Notes under the pieces: generated by a model
The model's input: the letters and a program-made list of their open reading frames with translations, nothing else
The model's database searches: none
What the model was told of the DNA's origin: nothing
NCBI GenBank assembly: GCA_965218585.1
Contig: CBDCLE010000002.1
Location: 1 to 64,000, forward strand
DNA: 64,000 nucleotides
Reading direction: 5' to 3'
Source of the DNA: Terriglobia bacterium
GTDB taxonomy: Bacteria; Acidobacteriota; Terriglobia; 20CM-2-55-15
Shown here: positions 39,187 through 48,855 of the stretch, one piece after another
How positions within the stretch are numbered: position 1 is the stretch's first letter
Layout of the letters: each line of letters begins with the position of its first letter
Made by a program: the position numbers and the translations under genes

Positions 39187-41571
39187 CTAGGTCCGGACAC
39201 CCGGTGGGAGTCAGTGTTGAACTCAGGTCTCGGGCCGCGGGAGGGCATTCCTGACCTCTCCGAATCCCTGGAGATCGCCCAGCGGTTCCAGACTGAATAT
39301 GAGGATCTGACAGCAGCGGCTGTGCTAGAGCCGCTTCAGGGTCAGCTAAGGGATCGGGTAGTCGAACTCAGACTTCAAATTCAAGACGCCGTGGATGCGT
39401 ATCAGGAACAGCGATTCGGAGAGAGCGCCCAGATACTGATGTCACTTCGGCCTGATGCCGTTGCTCTCGGTTCCGAGTTCGATCGGCTATGGATAGATCT
39501 GAACCGTGCCCAAGCCCTCACCTGGATACCAAATCTGGCTGAAGCCAAGCAACTTCTGGACTCAGTCGCAGAATCTGCACGATCAAGCGGGTTCAAGTGG
39601 CTGCTGGCCGAATCTCTGACTGCGTACGGAGGGCATCCCGGACTTTCCGATAGCCCTCAAGAGCTCATTGATCGGCTCAAAGAGGCAATCCGACTATATG
39701 AATCTATTGCAGCGCAGACTGACTCCACGCGCGCTCGCTTCTATCTTGCAACGATTCTTTTCGCAGAAGGCAGTGCGGCAGAAAGTTTCAGTGCGGCGAG
39801 CCAAGCTCTGTCACTGACGCCGACAGACGCCCACAGCCGCCTGTACCAGCACTATTGGATTACGAGCCTCAATCCACTCGTCCAAGGCGGCAACTTAGAA
39901 CTTAAGTACCAGAATGAAACAGCCACAAAAGCCGTGTTGGCAGAACGTTCAGACGGAGTGGCATACGCCAACATGAAGCTGGCACAGCTCCACGAACGGA
40001 ATTCGAATCTGGATCAAACCGACCGCCACATGCGAATCGCCGAAGATGCCGTTCAGGAGATTGAGTCGGAATTCCTCCAACAACTTGTTGATACCGATCT
40101 CAGGCTCGCCAAGGCCGAAATTCTCAGAGGCCGTGAGCAACCGTCCGCAGCGGAACAACTCTTATCGGAAGGCCTGAACCTGCTGACACAAGTTGGCGTC
40201 GAGGTGTTCTATGAACAGCGATACAGAATGGAACTTGCCCTAGGCTACGGCCAGACAGGTGAAATGGACACGGCGAGCACACAGTTCAGCCTTGCTATCG
40301 AAGCGGTCGAAAAAGAAGACAGTACACTCGACTCTCAGGCAAGGCTGATGTTCGACGAACAGCGACGGGAGGTCTACGAGGCGGCAATCAACTTCGAGTT
40401 CGGACGGGGTGACGTGGACGCCGCAAGAAGCTACGCCCGACGCTACCGGACGAAACTGCTGACCGAGGCGGTGGAACAATACGCGGCGGATGATGGGGCC
40501 TTCACATCGCGTGTCGCTGCAATTCGCGAGGGGCTGGGCGAGCTCGGCGACGGGCGTATCCTTGAATATACGTTGCTCGAGGAACGTCTCCTGATATGGG
40601 TCAGATCCAGGGACGGCGTAGATGGCCGCTCCTATCCTATCCCCCGGAATGACCTGCAGGAAAAGGTAGAACAGTTTCTGTCCCTGATGCGCGACCTCGA
40701 CGGCGGCGACCGATTAGACTCCCTGGGCAGAGACCTCTATGACATTCTTGTCGGTCCCGTCGTCGATCTGCTGGAAGGAGCCACCTCGATCACTATCGTT
40801 CCGGATCGTATGCTCCATCGATTGCCCTTTGCGGCCCTCCGCTCACGGAACGATCGCTACCTGATCGAAGACTACGTTCTGGTTGAAACGTTGAATGCAC
40901 CCTACTTCCTGGATCTGCCAGCAGGTGACGGCCCTGGGATGCTGGTGTCTGTGGGTTCCCAGGAACAGAATTCTTCAATCCGAGTAGAGCTTGCTCGTAT
41001 GGGTGAGATCTACCCGGACATCAGTTCTTTTGACGGTGTTGAAGTCAATCGCACCCTCTTCCTGGATGCCATGAACGGCGCCAGCTTGTTCCACTACGCC
41101 GGTCACTCCGCACTCGATGGTTCGAATTCCCTTTCGTCATCGATTCTCCTCGACGGCAACTTTGAAGGACCGAATAGCGTCACGGCATCAGAGATAGTAG
41201 ACCGACGGTTGGCGACGAACGCACTTGTCGTTCTGGCTTCCTGCGACTCTTCTGTGGGGAATTCTATCGGGGGTGTGGGGTTTCGTGGTCTGACCTCGGC
41301 GTTCCTGGTCGCGGGGGCGGGATCGGTTGTCGGATCGCTGTGGCCCGTCGAAAGCACAGCTACAACCCAACTCATGCTATGGTTCCACCGCGATCTGGCC
41401 GCCGGTGTACCTATCGCCGAGGCCCTCCGAACAGCCCAACTCTCGCTGCTGGCCCAACGCTCTCATCCTTACTTCTGGTCCGGCTTTACAGTCACCGGCA
41501 ACCGCAGCGCGCTGGAACCCGCCGGGTTTCTCTCCCAACCCGCTACGGCAGCAGCAGGACCTTTCCTGTAG
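39187..41571 (+). pseudogene. TPR-like + CHAT (caspase HetF-associated) protease, 5'-truncated by IS1380
   Basis: IVPDRMLHRLPFAAL, FHYAGH, VVLASC, AFLVAGAGSVVGSLWPV, HPYFWSGF; the frame begins directly at the IS junction. Confidence 0.8.
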
Positions 41572-42509
41572 TTTTTCGTCCCTCCAGTGCCTTGTGCGCC
41601 TCGGCGGCTTCCGAAAGAGGATAGGTCTTCTCGATACGAAGCTTGAGCTCTCCAGCCTTATACCAGCGCAACAGATCGTTGGTCCGGGCAAAAAGTTCCT
41701 CACGGCTGGAAACATAGTTCAGCATGCTCGGCCGCGTCACAAACAATGCCTTCGGCCCCAGAGTGTTGACGCTGAAGGCATCGACCGGACCGCTGGACTG
41801 ACCGTAAGAGACCATATAGCCGCGCGGACGGAGGCAATTCAGACTACCTTGAAAAGTCGTTTGACCCACGGAGTCGTACGCAACATCAACACCGGCGCCA
41901 TCAGTGAATCGTTTAATCTCGGATTCGAAGTCCTTCTCGGTATAAAGGATGACCTCATCTGCGCCTGCCTCTCGCACCAACGCCGCCTTTTCCTCAGTTG
42001 AAACCGTGCCGTAAACGGTAGCTCCCTTCTTCTTTGCAATCTGAGTCAGCAAGAGTCCGACCCCGCCGGCCGCGGCATGCACGAGTGCCTTGTGACTCGA
42101 TTTCAACTGAAACGTCGAATAGCAGAGGTAGTGGGCCGTCAAAACCCTGGAGCATGATGGCAGCCCCGGCCTGGGCGTCCATGCCGTCGGGAAGAGTGAC
42201 GAGCTTCCACCCATCTACGGCTTGAAGTTCAGCGTAGGAACCCCGTGACATCGCGTAAGCGACCCGGTCGCCGACCTTGACTCCCTTAACTCCCTCACCC
42301 ACGGCGGTGACCGTCCCGGCAGCTTCAGAGCCGGGTATCAGTGGAGGATCGACGTGATAAAGCCCTGTCCGATGGTAAACGTCTATAAAGTTGACTCCGA
42401 TCGCCTCAACACGGACAACGGCTTGGCCTGCCTGTGGTTCAGGTTCCGGAACATCTTCGTAGGTGAGGACCTCGGGCCCTCCATGCTGATGCACTCGAAT
42501 CGCTTTCAT
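41543..42509 (-). CDS. qor: NADPH:quinone oxidoreductase (zeta-crystallin/MDR family), +1 T frameshift near 42141
   Basis: GGPEVL, GVNFID, PGSEAAG; QG(L)TAHYL split across frames; HAAAGGVG; RKTTGKVLL. Confidence 0.88.
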
Positions 42510-42623
42510 AATGCGGTTACGTTAGGGTAATTCGACCGTCGCGGTCAATGGCTTCCGGAAAATTGCAATCCCTCTGTCTCTTCTGAAGCAGTCAGCTCAG
42601 TGCGCTGATGACTAACGTCTTCT

Positions 42624-43586
42624 TTAATCCTGAGTTTCCCAGAGGGCCGTACTCATATACCGTTCACCGATATCGTTGAGTAAGGTGACGATCACTCCCT
42701 CGCCTATCCGACGCGCTGTTTCGTACACACCCTGAAGGTAGGCCCCGGAAGATTGCCCGGCAAACAAACCGTAACGGGCCATAAGCGCGCACATTCTTGC
42801 TGAGTCGTCACTGGAAACGCGGACCTTGGCATCGACCACACTGGTATCTAGAATTTTCGGGATGATATCGCCCGGGGCCTCCAGCGGTTTCAGCCCTTCG
42901 ATTCCGGGAAAGTCTTCGGGGATGATCTGCACTATTTCCACACCGGGAAGCTCTTCTTTCAATCGCTTTCCCACACCCGTCAAAGTGCCGCCTGTTCCGA
43001 CGCCCGTCACGAAATGCGTAACATTGCCTTCTGTCTGAGCCAGAATTTCCGAAGCAGTCGTGTGATAGTGAGCCAGCCAGTTGTTGTCATTCGAATACTG
43101 ATCGCAATGAAAGAAGCGATCGGATTCAGAGGCGGCGATTCGATGGCACTCGCGCAGCGCTTCGTCGTAACCCTCAATCGGGTCTGTCTCGATCAATGTT
43201 GCACCATGCGACCGAATCCGCAGTTTGCGTTCGCTACTTGCGTTGCCGGGAATGACAATGTGGACCGGGACCTCCATCATCGCGCCGATCATCGCGTAAG
43301 CGATCCCGGCATTACCGGAACTGGAATCCAGGATCGCCCGACCATCCGAGAGTTCACCGGCCAACTTTGCCTCCAGCAACATTCTGCGCACCGGCCGGTC
43401 CTTCAGACTTCCACCGGGATTGGTGTACTCAGTCTTGGCGTAAACGCGAACACGGGGAAACTCCTCGCGAAAGCACGGAATTTCGACCATCCTCGTGTTC
43501 CCGATCAGATCGAGAAGAGGGTATCTCCTATGCATTTCGGTGTAGCGTTCTTCGACCGGGATTGTTGCGGACAAGCTGAAACTCAC
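42624..43586 (-). CDS. PLP-dependent cysteine synthase family protein (CysM-like)
   Basis: IGNT, EYTNPGGSLKDR, SSGNAG, GVGTGGT, GQSSGA. Confidence 0.88.
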   Translation of the reverse strand: MSFSLSATIPVEERYTEMHRRYPLLDLIGNTRMVEIPCFREEFPRVRVYAKTEYTNPGGSLKDRPVRRMLLEAKLAGELSDGRAILDSSSGNAGIAYAMIGAMMEVPVHIVIPGNASSERKLRIRSHGATLIETDPIEGYDEALRECHRIAASESDRFFHCDQYSNDNNWLAHYHTTASEILAQTEGNVTHFVTGVGTGGTLTGVGKRLKEELPGVEIVQIIPEDFPGIEGLKPLEAPGDIIPKILDTSVVDAKVRVSSDDSARMCALMARYGLFAGQSSGAYLQGVYETARRIGEGVIVTLLNDIGERYMSTALWETQD

Positions 43587-43662
43587 AGGTTTTCTCCCTA
43601 TCTAACCATCAACCGATAAGTTTACCGCAAGTGAAGATGCGTTGCAGGAGGGGCCGACAGAG

Positions 43663-43962
43663 CTAGTTCGCAGCGCGTGCGCGCGAATCAGAGGACTTCT
43701 CGAAAAATACGGATGAGCAGATCCTGACGATCGCACGCCACAATCCCTTCACAAAAGGAGTCGCTTCGACCAGGACGGGCTCTTCTTCATCGATCGAATA
43801 GGAGCGTCGCTTAGCCAGTTGCTTAACTGTTTCGTGGTAGGCGAATACGTTGCAATGGACGCAACGCAGGAGTGGATCGTGCACTTCCAGAACGGGCAGA
43901 AACAGGTGGTCGGTCGACTTACAAATCGATGACTCTTGCATACCCAAACTTGAATATAACAC
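43663..43962 (-). CDS. Possible small hypothetical protein with CxxC (start uncertain, possibly frameshifted)
   Basis: Open frame with RCVHC filling the gap upstream of the cysteine synthase; no recognised family. Confidence 0.3.
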   Translation of the reverse strand: MLYSSLGMQESSICKSTDHLFLPVLEVHDPLLRCVHCNVFAYHETVKQLAKRRSYSIDEEEPVLVEATPFVKGLWRAIVRICSSVFFEKSSDSRARAAN

Positions 43963-44152
43963 GAGAGAACGCCATTACGACGCGTCGAAATGACTTCAAC
44001 CCGAAGTTAAACGTACGAAACGAAGAGGAGGAATCAACGCAGAGGCGCAGAGACGCAGGGGAAGAGACAGTTAGGTTGTTTAAATTTGGCCCGACGCAAA
44101 CTGTCTGGGTCGGCAAGAAACTGTTGAAAATCGATCGAGTTCGCACGCCTAG

Positions 44153-45889
44153 CCCGCATATTTCACCGATAGGACCAGAAAAGGCCGCCCTGTCTGGCAT
44201 AAAGCGTTTTGAAATAAACGTTTAACAAGCCAAACGGAGACGGCCCTTATGAGAACAGAGTGTAACCAAACGACGTTCGAATTTCACGGACTTCTTCAAC
44301 GAAAAGTGAAGGCGCGTTTTGACGGCGGAAAGATCACCTCCGACGCTGGGGTTCTGCTGTTGAGGGAAGTGGAAAAGCGAACGGGTCTGATCGCCGGACT
44401 GGCCGAGTGTTTCAGGGATTACCGGGACGCGAGGTTGATCGAACACACGGTGAGCGAGTTATTGGGGCAGCGCGTCTACGGACTCTGTCTGGGCTACGAG
44501 GATCTGAACGATCATGACCAACTGCGGACCGATCCGATGCTGGCCGTGGCGGTGGATAAGGCCGATCCACTGGGGGAGAAGCGGCGGCAGGCCCGAGACC
44601 GGGGAAAAGCGTTGGCGGGCAAGTGTACGCTGAACCGGTTGGAACTGACCGGGGAGCAAGTCGATGGGAAGGAGCGGTACAAGAAGATTGCCATGGACCC
44701 GGACAAGATCGACCGCTGGATGGTGGATGCATTTGTGGCGGCTCACGGATCGGCGCCCGAGGAGATTGTTCTGGACCTGGATGCGACCGATGATCCGATC
44801 CATGGCCATCAGGAAGGACGGTTCTTTCACGGCTACTACGGCAACTACTGTTATCTGCCGCTCTACATCTTTTCGGGAGAGCATCTGCTATGCGCCCGGT
44901 TGCGGTGCTCCAATGTCGACGGTGCGGACGGCGCCGTCGAGGAATTGAACCGCATCATCGGCCAGATCCGGCAGAGCTGGCCGGAGGTGTCGATTATCAT
45001 CCGGGCCGACTCGGGCTTTTGCCGGGATGAATTGCTGAGTTGGTGCGAGGCCCACCAGGTCGATTACGTGGTGGGTCTGGCCAAGAACGATCGGCTCAAG
45101 CGCGAGATCGCTGAATCGATGAGTCAGGCCGAAGCCGAGTTTAACGACACCGGGAAACCGGCGCGGGTGTTTAACGATTTCCGGTATCGCACTCGGAAGA
45201 GCTGGACCTGCACCCGACGCGTCATCGGCAAGGCCGAGTTCCTGGAGAAAGGCGCCAATCCTCGATTCGTTGTGACCTCACTGTCGCCGGAACGCCTGGA
45301 CGCCCGCGCCCTCTATGAAGACTTTTACTGTGCGCGGGGCGACATGGAAAATCGCATCAAGGAACAGCAGTTGGATCTATTCGCCGACCGGACCAGCGCG
45401 GCAACCATGCGCGCCAATCAACTCCGGCTCTATCTGTCCTCGGCCGCCTACATGCTCCTGCACGCGTTACGCCGTCTGGGACTGAAGAATACCGATCTGG
45501 CCCGCGCTCAGTGCCAGACGATCCGCTTGAAGCTCCTCAAGATCGGAGCTCAAGTCCGTCTGACGGTTCGCAACATCTGGATCTCCATGTCGGAAGCCTA
45601 TCCCTACGCCGAGGTCTTTGCCCTCGTCCATCGAAACCTGCAGGCGCTTCCTCTGCGCTGCTGAGAACCGACCCGATCCCCTGCGCCAAAATCGACTCGC
45701 TCTTTTCGGCTCCGCCGAGGTTTGTCTCAGTGCGTTTCGTCACCCTCTTCTGAACCCGAAAACGCAGCAACTCCCGCTTGTCGACACCGCCGAGTCACGC
45801 CACACATGCCCAATTCGAACCCAGATCCTCCCGAATCCGATTCTTACTGCCCAAATCCCCCTGATCGCCGGACTGGTGAAACATGCGGG
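44153..45889 (+). mobile_element. IS1380-family element, copy 3 (1737 bp)
   Basis: Same TIRs; CTAG at 44149 and 45890. Confidence 0.95.
44249..45664 (+). CDS. IS1380-family transposase
   Basis: Protein identical to copy 1. Confidence 0.95.
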   Translation: MRTECNQTTFEFHGLLQRKVKARFDGGKITSDAGVLLLREVEKRTGLIAGLAECFRDYRDARLIEHTVSELLGQRVYGLCLGYEDLNDHDQLRTDPMLAVAVDKADPLGEKRRQARDRGKALAGKCTLNRLELTGEQVDGKERYKKIAMDPDKIDRWMVDAFVAAHGSAPEEIVLDLDATDDPIHGHQEGRFFHGYYGNYCYLPLYIFSGEHLLCARLRCSNVDGADGAVEELNRIIGQIRQSWPEVSIIIRADSGFCRDELLSWCEAHQVDYVVGLAKNDRLKREIAESMSQAEAEFNDTGKPARVFNDFRYRTRKSWTCTRRVIGKAEFLEKGANPRFVVTSLSPERLDARALYEDFYCARGDMENRIKEQQLDLFADRTSAATMRANQLRLYLSSAAYMLLHALRRLGLKNTDLARAQCQTIRLKLLKIGAQVRLTVRNIWISMSEAYPYAEVFALVHRNLQALPLRC

Positions 45890-45944
45890 CTAGTGCGGAC
45901 AGCCTAGAACGTCTGCGTTCTCTGCGTCTCTGCGTTGAAATAAG

Positions 45945-47333
45945 TTAACGGAGGGGGTCGTCGGTGATGCCCTGGACGCGGGTGAGGAACAGAATGAGAT
46001 CGGACTTTGTGATGATGTCGAAGCCATCTCCCAACTGAACGAGAACGGCCGTCGTGTTTTCTTTCATGTGTTCGGCAACCAGGTTGATAGAGGCATCCCC
46101 GGGCAAGATCGGAAACGGTTCTTCCATATATTCGGCTACCGGCTTGCTCCGGGCTCCCGGATCGGAAACCAGGATGTCCAGAATGCGCGCCTCGCTTATG
46201 CTTCCCATAACGTCATCTTCAATCACGGGAATCTGAGATATCGCATGCTCGCGCATCAGGCCAACTGCGTCCTGAATGGATGTCGCCAGCGGAATTGAGA
46301 GGAGCCCCTCAGTCCGGCGCTTTTTACTCTCCACGACTTCACTCGCCCGAACGTTCAGCAACTGTTCCAGATACTGATTCTCCCTCATCCAGTTGTCGTT
46401 GTAAATCTTGCTCAGATACCGGGTGCCGGAGTCCGCTACGATCACTACCATCAGGGCACTCTCATCGAGTCCGGCGGCACACTCGAGCGCTACATGGACG
46501 ACCGAGCCGGACGAGCCACCGGCGAAGATGCCCTCCATCCGGGATAGTCTTCGAGTCATGACAAACGAATCCTTGTCGGACACCGGATGCATTTCGTCGA
46601 CAACCGAGAAGTCCATGTTGAGCGGCTTCTGGTCTTGCCCTATACCTTCCACCTTGTACGGTTGGGGTTCGGGTCTCTTGCCCGTTCTAAACATCTCGAC
46701 AAAAATCGATCCTACCGGGTCTACTCCGATGACACGGACGTCCGGATTCTTTTCCTTGAGGAAACGAGCTACACCGCTGATCGTCCCTCCGGTACCCGCT
46801 CCAACAACGACATGCGTCAGGCGGCCTTCGGTTTGTTCCCAGATCTCGGGACCCGTCGTCCTGTAATGGGCCTCGCTGTTGGACATGTTTGAATACTGGT
46901 CTGGGAAGAAACTGTTTGGGATTTCCCGAGTCAGTCGGCGCGCGACGGAATGGTAACTGCGGGGATCATCGTGCTCCACCTGCGTCGGCGTGACGATGAC
47001 TTCCGCGCCGAGGGCTCTGAGCGCATCGATCTTCTCCTGACTCATCTTGTCCGGCATCGTAAAAATGGACTTGTATCCCTTAACAGCTGCCGCAAGTGCG
47101 AGCCCCATTCCCGTGTTGCCCGAGGTCCCTTCGATTATCGTGCCTCCGGGCTTGATTTGCCCCCGGTTCTCTGCGTCCTCGATCATTTGAATTCCAATGC
47201 GATCCTTGACGCTGCCCCCGGGATTCATGTATTCGAGCTTGGCGAGAATGGTAGGAGCCAACCCCCGCGTCACCTTGTTCAGGCGAACCAGAGGCGTGTT
47301 GCCAATCACGCCCAGAATGTTTTCATGCCACAT
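45945..47333 (-). CDS. Cystathionine beta-synthase with C-terminal CBS domains
   Basis: IGNTPLV, EYMNPGGSVKDR, GTSGNTG, KMSQEKI, YLSKIYNDNWMRE, CBS pair (ISQIPV, IITKSDL). Confidence 0.9.
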   Translation of the reverse strand: MWHENILGVIGNTPLVRLNKVTRGLAPTILAKLEYMNPGGSVKDRIGIQMIEDAENRGQIKPGGTIIEGTSGNTGMGLALAAAVKGYKSIFTMPDKMSQEKIDALRALGAEVIVTPTQVEHDDPRSYHSVARRLTREIPNSFFPDQYSNMSNSEAHYRTTGPEIWEQTEGRLTHVVVGAGTGGTISGVARFLKEKNPDVRVIGVDPVGSIFVEMFRTGKRPEPQPYKVEGIGQDQKPLNMDFSVVDEMHPVSDKDSFVMTRRLSRMEGIFAGGSSGSVVHVALECAAGLDESALMVVIVADSGTRYLSKIYNDNWMRENQYLEQLLNVRASEVVESKKRRTEGLLSIPLATSIQDAVGLMREHAISQIPVIEDDVMGSISEARILDILVSDPGARSKPVAEYMEEPFPILPGDASINLVAEHMKENTTAVLVQLGDGFDIITKSDLILFLTRVQGITDDPLR

Positions 47334-47419
47334 ATGAGAGACTCGGGACAGAGCCCTTTTCGTTCGGCGAATGGGAAGTCGGAGAGTTACCAATCGGGGA
47401 AACTGGCGCCGGAACTTTC

Positions 47420-48469
47420 TTAACGCTTCGACGCGCCCTGAGCCTTACGCGTTTTCCTCTTGGACTTCGCGCCCGACGGAGCCACCGTAACTTCAACGCG
47501 ATAGTTGTCCAGCATCCGGGCCAGATCGGTTTCGAGACGCCTGCGCAGCTTCTCCGGTGACAGGACGAGTGCGGATGGGCCGAAACTCAGTATCCAGGCA
47601 CCCAGTTCGAATTCCCCACCGACATGGAGGTGCATTACGATTTCACCACCACCCACTTCACGAACTTCTTGTGACGGGTGCCATAAGCGGGATCGCACAT
47701 ACGAGGCCACATCCGGCTTGAAAAGAATCTCGACGTCAAAGGGATCTTCTTTTACAAGACCGAACGACGACTCCAGGTAGGTTTCAACTGAAAAATCGGA
47801 CGGTTTTTCGAACGTGTCGGCTAGTTTTTCGAGCTCCTCGATTCTCTCGACCGCGAAGGTGCGAATCTGATCGTATTCCTCCACGTAACCGAACAGATAG
47901 AGGCCACCACGGAAATACATCAATCGATATGGATGGACCGTATAGGTCTTCCGCTTCTGGCTGTGGACCGAGAAGTAGTCCATTTGGATACGATGGTCTT
48001 CACTCATCGAGTCCATCAGTGTTCGGACGGTGTGCTTGTGCGCCTCAAGATCCTTGGGTGCATCGGCACGAACTGAAATCATCGAGTCCAGATTATCGAA
48101 GAAAGAAATGTTCTTTTCAGGCAACGCACCTTCGATTTTCTTGAAAGCCGAATCTATGTCTCCGGAGAAGGGAGGTGCGGCCAGGGCTCCGACAACGTTC
48201 CTGCTGAAATACAGCGCTGCCAGTTCGGACAGGGAGAGGTTCGCTAAAGGAAGTCCCTTGTACTCTTCGGCCAGCCGCCAATAAACCTTCCCTTCGTACC
48301 GGTCGTCATAGAGGGGGAACCCCGCTTCCATCAAAGCCGCCAGATCCCGGCGAATAGTCTTCGTCGAAACAGTATGGTGGGAAGCCAGATCGGGAATCGT
48401 GCTCCAGCGTGTGCTCTCGATCTGTTTGAGGATCGCCCATTGGCGAATCAACTGTGCGTTGCGTCCCAT
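47420..48469 (-). CDS. HTH + WYL (+WCX) domain transcriptional regulator (PafB/DriD/YafY-like)
   Basis: KTIRRDLAAL HTH; YFSVHS..VHPYRL..GLYLFGY..IRTFAVERI; WHPSQ; WILSFG. Confidence 0.9.
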   Translation of the reverse strand: MGRNAQLIRQWAILKQIESTRWSTIPDLASHHTVSTKTIRRDLAALMEAGFPLYDDRYEGKVYWRLAEEYKGLPLANLSLSELAALYFSRNVVGALAAPPFSGDIDSAFKKIEGALPEKNISFFDNLDSMISVRADAPKDLEAHKHTVRTLMDSMSEDHRIQMDYFSVHSQKRKTYTVHPYRLMYFRGGLYLFGYVEEYDQIRTFAVERIEELEKLADTFEKPSDFSVETYLESSFGLVKEDPFDVEILFKPDVASYVRSRLWHPSQEVREVGGGEIVMHLHVGGEFELGAWILSFGPSALVLSPEKLRRRLETDLARMLDNYRVEVTVAPSGAKSKRKTRKAQGASKR

Positions 48470-48520
48470 GTTCAAACCTCCCTGCCGGATTGTAGTACCA
48501 GAACGGGACTCGGTAGTCGT

Positions 48521-48850
48521 CTATGGCCGTGGAGTCATGAAGACGAGTAATACCAGATTATCTTCACTTTCGTTTCTAACGCCGTGCTCTTCTGAGGGGC
48601 GCGCAATAATGGCATCCCCGGTAGTGCACTCGCGTTCTTTTCCTGCGATGTGGAGCGTTCCCCGCCCTTCGATCACGTAGTAGATCTTGTCGGATTCGGA
48701 GTGGCTGTGAATTCGCTGCTCCTGTCCCGGCTGGAGGCAGTACAGGTCACAGAAGTACTTCTCGGATCCGAAAAGAGGCACTTTCTGCATTTTCTCATCG
48801 GAAAACCTGACCAGCCGGCGCACATCCTTGAATGTATCGCCAAGATCCAC
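48521..48850 (-). CDS. Cupin_2 domain protein
   Basis: PGQEQRIHSH..DKIYYVIEGRG..EHGVRN. Confidence 0.88.
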   Translation of the reverse strand: MDLGDTFKDVRRLVRFSDEKMQKVPLFGSEKYFCDLYCLQPGQEQRIHSHSESDKIYYVIEGRGTLHIAGKERECTTGDAIIARPSEEHGVRNESEDNLVLLVFMTPRP

Positions 48851-48855
48851 GGAGC

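Larger units (their letters stand above)
44034..45938. repeat. CGCAGAG-type inverted-repeat element, split by IS1380 copy 3
   Basis: Arm tcaacgcagaggcgcagagacgcag (44034-44058) is the inverse of ctgcgttctctgcgtctctgcgttga (45913-45938). Confidence 0.65.
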
